Assembly (NCBI GenBank): GCA_030390025.1
Contig: JASTWF010000331.1
Coordinates: 186,001-250,000 of the forward strand
Length of the DNA stretch: 64,000 nt
Reading direction: 5' to 3'
Source: Squalus acanthias
Lineage: Eukaryota
Shown piece by piece: positions 10,387 to 21,904 of this stretch. The number at the start of each line of letters is the position of its first letter. Position 1 is the first letter of the stretch. The notes below the pieces were generated by a model. That model was not told the origin of the DNA. It saw only the letters and a program-made list of their open reading frames with translations, and ran no database searches. The position numbers were made by a program, and so were the translations under genes.

Positions 10387-12138
10387 ATTTTCCAATCCTC
10401 TCTGGCTGCAGGACTGGTGCCAGAGGGTTGGAGAGCTGCTAAACGTTGTACTATTGTTTAAAATTGGATGAAGGGATAAACCAAGCAATTACAGGCCAGT
10501 TAGTTTAACTTCGGTGGTGGGCAAATTACTGGAATCAATTCTGAGGGACAGTATAAACCTTCATTTACAAAGACACAGATTGATCAAGGACTGTCAGCAT
10601 GGTTTTGTTAAGGGACAGTCGTGTCTGACTACCTTGATTGATTTTTTTGAGGAGCTAACAAGGAGGGTCGATGAGGGCAGTGCGTTTGATGTAGACTACA
10701 TGGATTTTAGCAAAGCTTTTGACAAGGTACCACATGGCAGGCTGATCAAAAAAGTAAACGCCCATGTGATCGAAGGGAGAGTGGCAAATTGTATCCAAAA
10801 TTGGCCCAGTGGCAGGACGCAAAGTGTAATGGTTGAAGGGAGTTTTTGCGACTGTAAGGCTGTTTTCAGTGGGGTTCCACAGGGCTCAGTACTTGGCCCC
10901 TTACTTTTTGTAGTATATATTAAAGATTTAGACTTATATATATGGGGCATGATAAAGAAATTTGCAGATTATACAAAATTTGGCCGTGTGGTTGACAATG
11001 AGGTGGAAAGTGTTAGACTGCAGGAAGATATCGATGAACTGGTTAGTTGGGCATAAAAGTGGGAAATGCAATTTAATTCGGAAAAGTGTGAGGTAATGAA
11101 TTTGGGGAGGGGCAATAAGGCAATTAATGGGAGGATACAGAGAGGTGTGCAGAAAGAAGGGACCTTGGAGTATATGTCCACAGATCCTTAAAGGAAGGAG
11201 GACAGGTCGATAAAGTAGTTAAAAAGGCATACGGAATCCTTTCCTTTATAGGCCGAGGCATAGAATATAAGAGCAGGGAAGTTATGCTAGAACAGTATAA
11301 AACATTAATTAGGCCACAGCTTGAGTACTGAGTTCAGTTCTGGTCACCACATTACAGGAAGGATCTGATTGCACTGGTGAGGGAACAGAGGAGATTTACA
11401 AGGATGTTGATAGGGCTGGAAAACATTAACTATGAGGAAGCTACTTCATTAAATAAATTTAAAACAGAAATAGACCGTTTCCTAGAAGTAAAGGGAATCA
11501 GGGGTTACGGGGAGCGGGCTGGAAATTGGACATGAGTTTGAGTTCGGATCGGTCAAGGCCCTGTGGGTGACGGAGCGGGCCGAGTGGCCTGGTCCTGCTC
11601 CTACTTCTTGTGTTCTTTAGAGTTGAGGTTGGATCAGATCAGCCATGATCTCATTGAATGGCGGAGCAGGCTCGAGGGGCCGATTGGTCTACTCCTGCTC
11701 CTATTTCTTATGTTCTTATGAAAGTTTGGATATGCTGGGATATTTTCCTTGGAGCAGAGGAGGCTGAGGGGAGATTTAATTGAGATGTATATCATTATGA
11801 GGGGCCTAGATAGATTGGATAGGAAGAACCTATTTCCCTTCGGAGGGGTTCAAGAACCAGGGGGCTAGATTAAAATAGTTTGTAGAAGGATTACAAGGGA
11901 GATAAGGGAAAAATATGCACCAATTGGGTAGTGGTGAGCTGGAACTCTGCCAGAAAGGGTGGTAGAGGGAGAAACACTCATCACATTTAAAAATTACTTG
12001 GATGTGCACATGAAGAGCCGTAACCTACAGGCCTACGGACCTAGTGCTGGAAGTTGGGATTCGCTCTTTGATGGCCGGTGCGGACACGATGGGCTGAACG
12101 GCCTCCTTCTGTGCTGTAATTTTTCTATGATTCTATGA
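10387..12138 (+). mobile_element. CR1 LINE, 5'-truncated, with whole RT domain (inactive)
   Basis: NYRPVSLTSVVGKLLESIL, QHGFVKGQSCLTTL, YMDFSKAFDKVPH, GVPQGSVLGPLLF, FADYTK (FADD mutated); in-frame stops; (TTCTATGA)2 tail at 12123-12138. Confidence 0.95.
11438..11720 (+). mobile_element. Short CR1 3'-end insertion nested within the CR1
   Basis: Encodes EATSLNKFKTEIDRFLEVKGIRGYGERAGNWT* and ends in (TTCTTATG)2. Removing it restores the host frame ...NYEE|SLDMLG. Confidence 0.85.
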
Positions 12139-14793
12139 CTCACTCTATCTCACAACTGTCCTGGTCCACAGTTCCATTTCATCCTTCGCCTCTTCCGGCG
12201 CTTTAACAAAAAAGCTTTTTTCTACCTTTCAGGTGTCAAGGATCGTAAGCTTCAACAACTCTTGGACACCAACGCCCCTTCGGAACCTTCTTCCCCTTCA
12301 CTTTTCTCTGACCCTATCTCTCCTTTCAATCTCACCCCCTGCCGTGTTTTCACTATCCCCTCTGACCTTCCCCTCTCTGACCCCGAGCGATCAGCCCTTA
12401 GCAAAGGCCTGAGCTTCATTCCCTTACGCACCCAACTCAATGAATTTCGAGCTCGTCACGATGCTGTGCTCTTTGGCCACCGCGTTCGTCTCCGTGCCCT
12501 CTTCTTTGGCCAGGAGTCTTCCCTCTGCACAGCGGACCCTTTCTCCCGCTTTCAGATTTCTCAGTCCACCTGTACCCCTCCCTCTGGCCTCTAACCCTCT
12601 CTAGATCTTTTCATTGCAAACTGCCGGCGTGATATCGGCCGTCTCCATTTCTCTGCTCCCCTCACTCACTCCAACCTACCTCCCTCTGAACTTGCAGCAC
12701 TCCATTCTCTCAGATCGAACCCCAACATTGTCATTAAACCTGCTGACAAGTGTGGTGCTGTTGTTGTTTGGCGAACCGATCTCTACCTAGCGGAGGCTGG
12801 ACGCCAAATCTCCGACACCTCCTCCTACCTCCGCCTGGACCATAACCCCATAACCAAACATCAAGCCATTGTTTCCAAGACCGTCACTGACCTCATCTCC
12901 TCTGGAGATCTTCCCTCCATGGCTGTCCACCTCATAATTCCCCAACACCGCACAGCCCGCTTCTACCTCCTTCTCTATATCCACAGACGGGGTTGCTCGG
13001 GTAGACCCATCATTTCAGCCTGTTCTTGCCCCACGGAACTTATCTCTTACTATCTTTACACAATTTTTCTCCCTTTGTCAAGTCTCTTCCCACCTACATC
13101 CGTGATTCTTCCGACACCCTCCGCAACTTTAACAGTTTCCAGTTTCCCGGCCGCAACCGTTTCCTTTTCACTATGGACGTACAGTCCCACTACACCTCCA
13201 TCCCGCACCAGGATGGCCTAAGGGCGCACCGCTTCTTCCTTGAACAGAGGCCCAACCAGTCCCCATCCACCACCACCCTCCTCCGCCTACCTGAACTTGT
13301 TCTCATATTGAACAAATACTCCTTTGACTCCGCTCACTTCCTCCAAATTAAAGGTGTTGCTATGGGAACCCGCATGGGCCCTAGCTAGGCCTGCCCTTTC
13401 GTGGGATATTTGGAACATTCTTTGTTCCAGTCCTACTCGGGTCCCCTCCCTTACCTCTTTTTCCGGTACATTGATGACTTCTCTCGCCCTGAACTAGAAA
13501 ATGTCATCACTTTTTCCTTCCTATTTCCACCCTTCCCTCACCTTCACATGGTCCATCTCCGACTATTCCCTGCCGTTCCTCGACTTCTCTGACTCTATTT
13601 CTGGGGATAGGCTATTGACAAACATTCTCTATAAGCCCACTGACTCCTACAGCTACCTGTAATACACTTCCTCCAACCTCGCTTCCTGTAAGTACGCTGG
13701 TCCATTCTCCCAGTTCCTCCGTCTCCGTCGCTTCTGCTCTGAAGATGCCACCTTCCATACAAGTGCTTCTGACATGTCTTCCTTTTTCCTCAACCGAAGA
13801 TTCACCTCTACCGTGGTGACATGGCCCTTGACCGTGTCCATTCTATTTCCCGCACTTCTGCCCTCACCCCTGCCCCTCCCTCCCAGGACCACGATCGGGT
13901 TCGCCTTGTCCTCACCTTTCACCCCTCCAGCCTCCACATTCAACGGACCATCCTCCGCCACCTCCAGCGTGAACCCACCACCAAACACTTCATCCCCTCC
14001 CATCCCCTTTCAGCATTCCGAAGGGACCGCTCCCTCCGCGACACCCTGGTCCACTCCTTTATCACCCCCAGCACCCCTTCCTCTTCCCACGGCACCTTCC
14101 CATGCAAGCGCAGGAGATGCAACACCTGCCCTTTTACCACTTCCCTTCCCTCTGTCCAGGGCCCAAACACTCCTTCCGGGTAAAACAGCGATTTCCTTTT
14201 ACTTCTTGCAATTTAGTATCCTGTATTCGCTGCTCACGATGTGGTCTCCTCTAAATTGTGGACGCAAAACGTTGATTGCGTGACCACTTTGCGGAACACC
14301 TCCGCTCAGTCCGTAAGGGGGACCCTGAGCTTCCGGTCGGCTGTCAATTTAATTCGCTGCTCCTCTCCCACTCTGATCTCTCCGTCCTCGACGTCTTACA
14401 TTGTACCAGTGAAGCTCAACTTAAGCTCGAGAAACAGATCCTCATCATTCGATGAAGCACTTTACAGCCTTCTGGACTCAACATCGAGTTCAACAATTTC
14501 AGATTTTAACCTCGGCCACTATCTTTTCTTTAAATGTCCTTGCCTTTTTTTTGTCTCTCAGGTGGCAGCTGTTGATGATTCTGTCATTGCCATTTACACC
14601 TCATCTAGAGTCAGCTTTTGTTTCTTACTTTGTTCCATTACCATCTGTATTTGCCTTGCACCATCATCCCTTTATTCTTTTAATCTCTCCTCCCTTCCAT
14701 CCTATCACAGACCTTCCCTTTTATTCTTTTACCTCCTCCCCCTTTCCCTGCCTCTGTACTTGTCTAAAACCTGTTACATATCTAAACTTTTCA

Positions 14794-14830
14794 AGTTCTG
14801 ACGAAGTGTCATCGACCTGAAACGTCACCT
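14794..14830 (+). ncRNA. Minimal type I hammerhead ribozyme motif, copy 2 (NLR intron 1)
   Basis: AGTT-CTGACGA(14798-14804)-AGTGTC atc GACCT-GAAA(14819-14822)-CGTC-ACCT; GUC cleavage triplet; weakened stems I and II. Confidence 0.65.
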
Positions 14831-14920
14831 CTGTGTCTCACTCTGCAGATGCTGCCTGACCTGCTGAACATTTCCAGCATTTTCTGCTTTAATTTTATCT
14901 TTCTCCATTTGTGTTCACAG

Positions 14921-15087
14921 ATCCGAACTCTGCAATCACTGAGTTCTTGAAAAAGTGCAAAGCTTACCAGCTGTTCCAGTTGACGACATTCTACCGGGAC
15001 AGACTGGAACAGGCGATTGAAGAGGGTGTGGACGGAGTCAGCTTGTTGTTAACATACGAGAAGCATTTCAGTGGACAAGAACATCGG
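14921..15087 (+). CDS. NLR gene coding exon 2 (first half of CARD-like domain)
   Basis: Acceptor TTTGTGTTCACAG (14920), donor CGG|GTGAGT (15088); 167 nt, phase 1 to 0. DPNSAITEFLKKCKAYQLFQLTTFYRDRLEQAIEEGVDGVSLLLTYEKHFSGQEHR. Confidence 0.85.
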
Positions 15088-15199
15088 GTGAGTGGGAGGG
15101 ACACAGAATGAGTTTGGATTATTCAAACATCACAGAACTGAAAGGAGATCAGATCTTAGAATCATAGAATGTCACAGAACAGATAAAGGCTAAATAATA

Positions 15200-15420
15200 A
15201 AGAAATGGATAAAACTGAAAATGTTGTGAATCTGAAACAACACAAAAGGCGAAAATACCCAGCGGATCGGCCAGTCTCTGTACAAGGAAAGGACAGGGTA
15301 ACGGGTATGATAAAGCTCCTCATGGACTGAAATCAAAGGGAACTAAGAATTTTAGTCGCACTGGGAAAAAGAGAGGAGAAACAACAGACAGGAGTTGGAG
15401 GGAAGGTCTTGTGTTTACTG
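15200..15420 (-). mobile_element. Degenerate Penelope terminal-repeat remnant, inverted
   Basis: AATCTGAAACAACACAAAAGGCGAAAATACCCAGCGGATCGGCCAGTCTCTGT resembles the reverse complement of the PLE tail at 5160-5220. Confidence 0.5.
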
Positions 15421-15805
15421 ACCTACAAACTACTTAAAGTAAATCGAGGAACTGTGAGATGACAACAAAATCTGCGCGGTAAATGAGAGATATTTAAAAA
15501 AAGCTAAACTGGTGAACATTTATTTGAAAGCAGAAGCAACCCAGAACACCTGTAGGGAGTGTTGGGTCAAGCAAATAGATTAATCCAAACTATATTGATT
15601 CCGATACCGGAGATAAATCAACTTCTTGGATTTATTAATATCCTCAAGATGTTCCAGCAAATTACACGTCAGTACTTACTGGCGGATATCCTTGGAGTCT
15701 GTGAAAACTAACCAATCCAGGCGAGTTCTCAGCACAGGATATCAAAGAATTACTGAAAGTGACTCTATTTATTCACCTAGATTAGGGGAGTCAAACAGAC
15801 CGGAA

Positions 15806-18065
15806 TAGTTCAATCTGGAAAGTTGCTCATCCCTGGTACAATTCTTGAAAATCTCCTCTGCACCCAATCCAAACCTGGACATACTTCCGACCGTGTGGTT
15901 CACAGAATTAGACACCATACTGAGTCCTAACCAGTGTTTTATACATGTTTAGCATAACTTCCTTCCATTTGTATGTCTCTATTTATAAAGCCAAAAAATC
16001 CCGTATGATTAATTAACAGCCTTCTCAACTTGTTCTGCCACCTTCAAGAACTCTGTGCCGAAACCTCCAGGTCTCCCTGTTCCGGAATCCTCTTTAAAAT
16101 TGTAACATTTAGTATATTTTGCCTCTCCTTATATTTCCTTCCAAAATTGTGTCACATCACACTTCTCCGCATTAAATTTCAACTGCATGTGTCTGCCCAT
16201 TTCACCAGTCTGCCTATGCCCTCCTGAAGTTTGCTACTATCCTTCTCACTGTTTACTACCTTCCGAGATTCGTATCATCAGCAAGCTTTGAAATTATGCC
16301 TCGTACCCCCAAATACAGTTTATTAATATAGATTAAAAACAGCAGCGGTCCTAATAATGACGCCTGTTGAACACCACTGCTCAGTTCATTCCAGATAGAA
16401 AAATAACCATTCACCTCTACTCCCTGCTGTCTGGCCCTCAGCCATTTTGCTACCATGCGGCCACGACCCATTTAATCCCGTGGGCTTCAATTTTGCAAAC
16501 AAGTCTATTATGTGGCACTTGATCAAACGACTTTTGAAAGTCCACAAACACTACATCGACCGCACTATCGCCATCAACATTCCCGGTTAATTCATTAAAG
16601 AACTCAGTCAAGTTTGTCAGCCACGATTTGCCTTTATCAAGACATTAGTCTGACTGGCCTGTAGTTGCTGGGTTTACCCCTCTCCCCTTTTTTGAACAGG
16701 TCGAAATATTTGCAACCCTCCAGTCCTCTGGCATCACTCACGTGTCTAAGGAAGATTAAAAGATTGTGCCTAGAGCGTCCGCTATCTCCAACTTTACTAC
16801 CCTTAGCAACCAAGGCTGCATCCCATCCGGTCCGCGTGACTTTTCTAGTTTGAATGCTAACACCATTTTAAGTACCTCCCTTTTATCTATTTTCATCCTA
16901 TCAAATTTATCTACTGCCTCCTCCTTCACTGTGAAATTGGCCGCACCCTCTTCTTTTGCGAATGCAGATGAAAAGTATTAATTTAGTACCGCAGCCATGC
17001 TCTCTGCCTCCACAAGAAGATCTAATTGTTGGTCCTTAACCGATCCTCCCTTCCTTTGCTCATTCTTTTACGATTTAAATGAGTGTACTGTTCCCTTTTA
17101 TGTAACCCGATGATATTTTCTCATCTATTCTCTTTGCCCATCTTATTTCCCTGTTCGGTTCTCCTCTGCAATTCTATGTTATTCTTGAATCTCTACTGTA
17201 TTGTGAATCTGAAATTGATCATAAGCCTTATTTTCTGTTTAATTTGAATCTCTATATCTTTACTCATCCCGGGATCTCCAGCTTTGTTTGCCCTTCCTTT
17301 TTCTTCCTCATAGGAACGTGTCTCGTCTGTACCTGTGATATCTCCTCTTTGAATGCTTCACATTATTCAATTTACTGTTTTACCTGCCAATCTCTGTTTC
17401 CAATACAACTGATCCTTTTACAGTTCACTGGAGTAAGCCCTCTTTCAGTTAAGCATCTTCACCTTAGATTGTTCATTGTCCCTTTCCATTACCACTGGAA
17501 ACCTAATGATATTATGATCGCTGTTCCCCAAATACTCTCCCACTGAAACATGCTCCATTTTCCCCATTTCATTTCCCAGAAGTAGATCCAGCCGTTTTTC
17601 CTTCCTCGCTGAGCTGGAAACGAACTAATTAAGAAAGATTTCCTGTAAAAAAAAAAAATCAGGAATTCCTCACCCACCTTGGCCATTACAGATTTCCCAC
17701 CAGTCTACTGTCACTCTTCCACCCCACCCGATATTTTCTCTTCCCTATTCCCCCTGAACACATTGTTAAGTTTCCATTCCTGCCCTTGGTTGAGACAGGT
17801 CTCCGTTATTGCCATTACTTCATAAACCAAGTGGCAACGTGTGCCTGCAGCTCACCAACTTTATTGATCACGCTCCGTGCATTTATGCACATGCACTCCA
17901 AACCTGCCTAAGTATGCTTTGCATTTCATCCACGTCTGATCCGGTCTTCTTCTGGACTGCTACTTATTCTAATGCCGTTTGTCTCTCTCAATATTATAGA
18001 AATTTTGGTTGTCCTCTTTGATGCTACCTCCAGGTTCCCCTCCCCATACCGCATTAGTTTAACAC
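15806..18065 (-). mobile_element. Fragmented CR1 LINE (ORF2 remnants)
   Basis: SGVQQASLLGPLLFLIYINKL...KLADDTNLGR (16256-16471) and DKSRGPDGMQPWLLR (16766-16981), with endonuclease remnants towards 17900. Confidence 0.85.
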
Positions 18066-19423
18066 CACCCCTCCATGGAAATGTTACCTGATCGTTGTAT
18101 AGACAATTGCTGAGGTCACAACCGGATTGACCGGGTATGGGCCCCCTAACATCAGAATGCACCAATATCGCAGAGTGGGTTCAGAGCAGGGCAGAACAGA
18201 TAATATCAGGACCGAGTGCCCTCGGTTATAAAACAGAGTCACAGAGCTGAATTTATTACGTTGCAGAAAAAAAATCGGGGCTAATGTGTAGCAGCCCATC
18301 CAGCTTGAACAACATTAATAATGTGTCCCACATATATCACAAACAAATGGGTGCCAAGTTTGTAGGAAATGTGGATTTAGAAATAAAAATAGAATGAAAC
18401 AAATCAAATACTGGAGGAAACACGATGTTGCTACATCAGCAGAAATAAGTAGAAATAAGCCAACCACGGTTAATTAGTGGAGATATCAATGCACTTCTCT
18501 TGACAGTATTTGATGGAGTCAGACAGCTCTATTCAGATTAATGTGGGGAGATTGAGGTGTGGAGATTAAATGCATGAAGTACAGTCCCTGGAGGGGTGGG
18601 GTCTACATGGTTTTAGCAGGAGCAGGCATTCTAGGGAAAATGGCCTCACATATTCCCATGGAAAAGGGATTTATCCCACCGCTTCAGTAAATCCCTGCAC
18701 GAATCATTGAGATTTCATGGACCTCAGAGTATCTGCACTTCCTGAGAAAGAGTCAAATTCTTGTGTTAGTATTTTTAATCTGCTGCGCAATATTCTGCTG
18801 AACAGCGTCATTGACCCATTGTAAACAGACTGGCGAAGTTAGTGTCAACTGATTAATCAATCGGTAACTAATATTCACGTCAATTAAATTAATTACCGTC
18901 CTCCTGCTGTTGAACTTAATCAAAAAGTATCGAATTCAATAAACTGGGTGAACATGGAGTGAAAGTGATCTTATCGTGAAACGGGCTCAGAGAGAATCAG
19001 CGCCTATTTTACGCTGCGCCCGATTTTCCTTTCCGTTGATGAACCAGTGTCGGGGTGAACTCAGCAGCAACAAGAACAGTGTCTGTGTTCAAATTGCTCA
19101 AGATGGTCGGTGATTCTACACATTGTTCCGAGATTGATTATAGATACTTGAAAGAAAACACCACACAATTGTGCCACAGACGGGTGTGATGGGGGTTGGG
19201 GGTGGAGAGTGTGAGGGTGAGGGGACATATTGTGAGAATGTATGGGGCTGAAAGCAGGCAGGCTCCGATACTTGTGGGAAATCAACGCCGCCTGTTTTGC
19301 TCTTCCTGCTCCACCCAGGCTGTCCTCACGCCCAAGCGCAATAAGAGGAAAATCTCTTCCAGTTCATTAACCCTGCAGTCCCTTCACTCCACTCATCAAT
19401 ACATTCATTATTATTCTGTACAG

Positions 19424-19595
19424 AAAGTCTTTGAGCTGACGGAGAAGGGAAACCGGACGGATAGTTCCAAACTTCTCCTAAATCTGGTGATGGAGAAAGG
19501 CTCTGGGGCCCGGAGGGCGATGTGGGAATCCTTTGTGAAAATGCGCCACAGGTTACCAAAGCTGGACAAAATACTGAAAGAAATACAGGAACTTG
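19424..19595 (+). CDS. NLR gene coding exon 3 (second half of CARD-like domain)
   Basis: Acceptor TTCTGTACAG (19423), donor TTG|GTACGG (19596); 172 nt, phase 0 to 1. KVFELTEKGNRTDSSKLLLNLVMEKGSGARRAMWESFVKMRHRLPKLDKILKEIQEL. Confidence 0.85.
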
Positions 19596-19697
19596 GTACG
19601 GTAAAATCACACTGAATTCAAATTCACATCTAAAATTACATATTTTACTAAAGTAGTGCACAGATTTGCTTTCATGAAAGCTAATTTATTTAAACAG

Positions 19698-19763
19698 GTT
19701 TCTTGAGATTTAATGACATGAAGGCCACAGAATGTTTATCCGAAGTTCCCAGTCAGCTGAAAG
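19698..19763 (+). CDS. NLR gene coding exon 4 (66-nt linker)
   Basis: Acceptor TTTAAACAG (19697), donor AAG|GTAGGT (19764); phase 1 to 1. GFLRFNDMKATECLSEVPSQLK. Confidence 0.8.
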
Positions 19764-20485
19764 GTAGGTGATGGACTGAAGATTTCAAACAGATTATTTC
19801 GGTTCTGATTACCAGAGGCTTAAACTCTGACCATTGGTTTAGAGATTTCCAAAAACTGGGGGTGAAAAGTTCAAGTGCTGGGCAAACAAAATTCAACTTC
19901 ATTTTCACTTGTCACTGATACTGAAATGTGTCATTGAAATTTGTGGGATAAAGTTACAATTCACACCAGGCTTGGGATTATCTGTAAATTTGCAGATGTT
20001 GTCATTACTCCAGTTGTTTATCCAGCTGTTCATGCGACTGGTCTTTGCTGCCAGTGCACGTCACTGACCGTCAAACACCCAGTGGTCAGTCGGTCTAATA
20101 CAGCGATTAATCAGCAGAGAAAATTAATTTATTGGGGCTTCCCTGGATGAGCCAAATGGATGATGTCCCAATGGGCGGAGTGCTAAGCCATTGGCGTAGA
20201 TATTCGATCGCGCACTGCCGGTTTTTCGGAAGGAAGAGAATGTGTTCGCAACAGTCTTGTGATGGTGTTTGAGAATGTGGCTGTCAAGGTGGAAGAGCTG
20301 GTATGCAGCGTGTACGATGTCAGATTTGGGGTGTGTGACTTTGTGGGGAGGATATACAGTGAAGTGTGGTGCAGTGAGTGTAGGGGGATGAAGAGAAGTG
20401 GGTAGGGGAGTATTATGAGTATAGTGAGTAGTGAGGCTGGAGATGGGGAAGCTGTGAGCAGAGAGTAAGAGAGCGGTATTCTTAC

Positions 20486-21094
20486 CTTGACCACTCCAAT
20501 GAGGTCACTACGGAACTGCAGACATGTCCTGGGAGCTAAACCTCCCGCACTGCTAAAATTATGAGGCAGATGTATAAAATTATATGGGGCCGAGATAGAA
20601 TGGATAGGAAGGACCTATTTCCCAAAGGAGAGAGGTCAATAATCAGGGGGCGTAGATTTAAAGTAATTGGTAGAAGGATTAGAGGGAAGTTGAGGAGACA
20701 TGTTTTCACCCAGAAGGTAGTGGGTGTCTTGAACTCACTGCCTGAAAGGGTGGTAGAGGCAGAAACCCTCATCACATTTAAAAAGTACATGGATATTCAC
20801 TTGAAGCGCTGTAAACGACAGGGCTACGGGACAAAAATTGGGAAGTGGAATTAGGCTAGGTAGTTCTTTTTCGACCAGCACGATGGGCCAAATGGCCTCC
20901 TTCTGTGCCGTAAAGTTCAATGGTTTCTTGACTTGCTCGGCCACCTCTTCGCACTGTCGATGGTGTTGATGACTGGAGGGTTTCTTGCCCACTAGGGGAC
21001 AGAAAATGTCCCTCGTCCTGTCCAATACCTCTACCAGGGATTCCAGGGCAGTGTTTGTGAATCTAGGGGCATGATCTGTAGCTCTAGCAGCCAT
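20486..21094 (-). pseudogene. Myb/SANT-like (trihelix-type) DNA-binding exon split by a CR1 insertion
   Basis: MAARATDHAPRFTNTALESLVEVLDRTRDIFCPLVGKKPSSHQHHRQCEEVAEQV joins in frame to SAGGLAPRTCLQFRSDLIGVVK once the CR1 is removed, then donor AAG|GTAAG (20485-20481). Confidence 0.7.
20553..20930 (+). mobile_element. CR1 LINE 3' fragment
   Basis: MYKIIWGRDRMDRKDLFP...FTQKVVGVLNSLPERVVEAETLITFKKYMD; same family as 6073-6555 and 11721-12138. Confidence 0.92.
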
Positions 21095-21904
21095 TGGACC
21101 AATTCTCAATTGTCTCCCTATTCTCTGTACCTGAAGGGTACATTTACAAAGTGCTGATTACCTTTTAATTGGCGTCGAGGAGGCCCGATATCTAGCACCC
21201 ATCCCGCCCAAAGGAAAACACAGGCGCATAGACAGTGAATAACATGGGTAGCGCTAATTGCACCACTGGCTCCTTACAATCAGAACAAATAATACCTGCT
21301 GCCTGAGTCAACACTGAAAGGCATGTGCAGTGCACGCTCCGTTCACTGCACGCCCGATCAAATTCTAGGCCATGCAGTCTATATGTGCAACACCACTCAA
21401 ACACTGTTAGTATTTTCTGAAACAAAATTACAGCAGGAAAATTCTGAGAAGCAGAATAAATCCACTTGGCCCAAACAGGTCTGTTCCTGTAACAGTGAAG
21501 ATCTCACCTGTCGATCTGCTCAGTGTCGCCACAGAAACTTACCGAATTGTCTCTCGGTCCCATTTACATTGCCCCAAATGCCCTTCCCTGGTAATTTGAT
21601 CCCCTATTGTATTACCCTTTGGGTGAAATAATTGAACCTCAATTCCATCTTAATCCTTACCTCCTAATTGGAACTTTCTGTTAGTACCTGATTCCCTTCT
21701 CAGTGAGCCTGTTCCTGCAGCAATGATGTTAATTCCATTAAAAATCGGAATCACTTGAATTTCAGGACTCTGAAGTCACTTCAATAAAGGAAGCTAATCA
21801 AATTTCCTCGACCTTTCCTCATCTTAATTTCCCGATGCCCTTAATAATCTTTCTTAATTCCATTCCATTCCTATTCATCCAATCGTAGCAAGAGAATGGA
21901 ATCT

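Larger units (their letters stand above)
10029..14893 (+). mobile_element. Near full-length, decayed Penelope-like element interrupted by CR1 (10387-12138)
   Basis: PLE RT motifs IKPADK, FTMDVQSHYTSIP, LQIKGVAMGTRMGPS and FRYIDDF; CKRRRCNTCP linker; degenerate GIY-YIG region at ~14210-14300. The 5' end starts with CAGCATTTTCTGTTTTTATTT, a partial direct copy of its own 3' end (pseudo-LTR). Confidence 0.92.
20193..21371 (-). mobile_element. Non-autonomous PIF/Harbinger-like DNA transposon relic carrying a Myb/SANT-like exon
   Basis: Imperfect TIRs: GGCGTAGATATTCGATCGCGC (20193-20213) versus the reverse complement of 21352-21371, GGCCTAGAATTTGATCGGGC. Internal Myb/SANT-like coding segment; flanks ATT/ATG. 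Confidence 0.6.

Noticed and set aside
10514..14283. Functional reverse transcriptase genes
   Set aside because: Stops, frameshifts, FADD mutated to FADY, and nested insertions: dead CR1 and Penelope copies.
18420..19380. Possible further old TE remnants (CR1-like tail ~18470-18660; CpG-rich MITE-like piece ~18950-19060)
   Set aside because: Too degenerate to assign boundaries or family without a library search.
19596..19606. Alternative exon-3 donor ACG|GTAAAA at 19601
   Set aside because: It gives phase 0, incompatible with exon 4 (immediate GTT TCT TGA stop).
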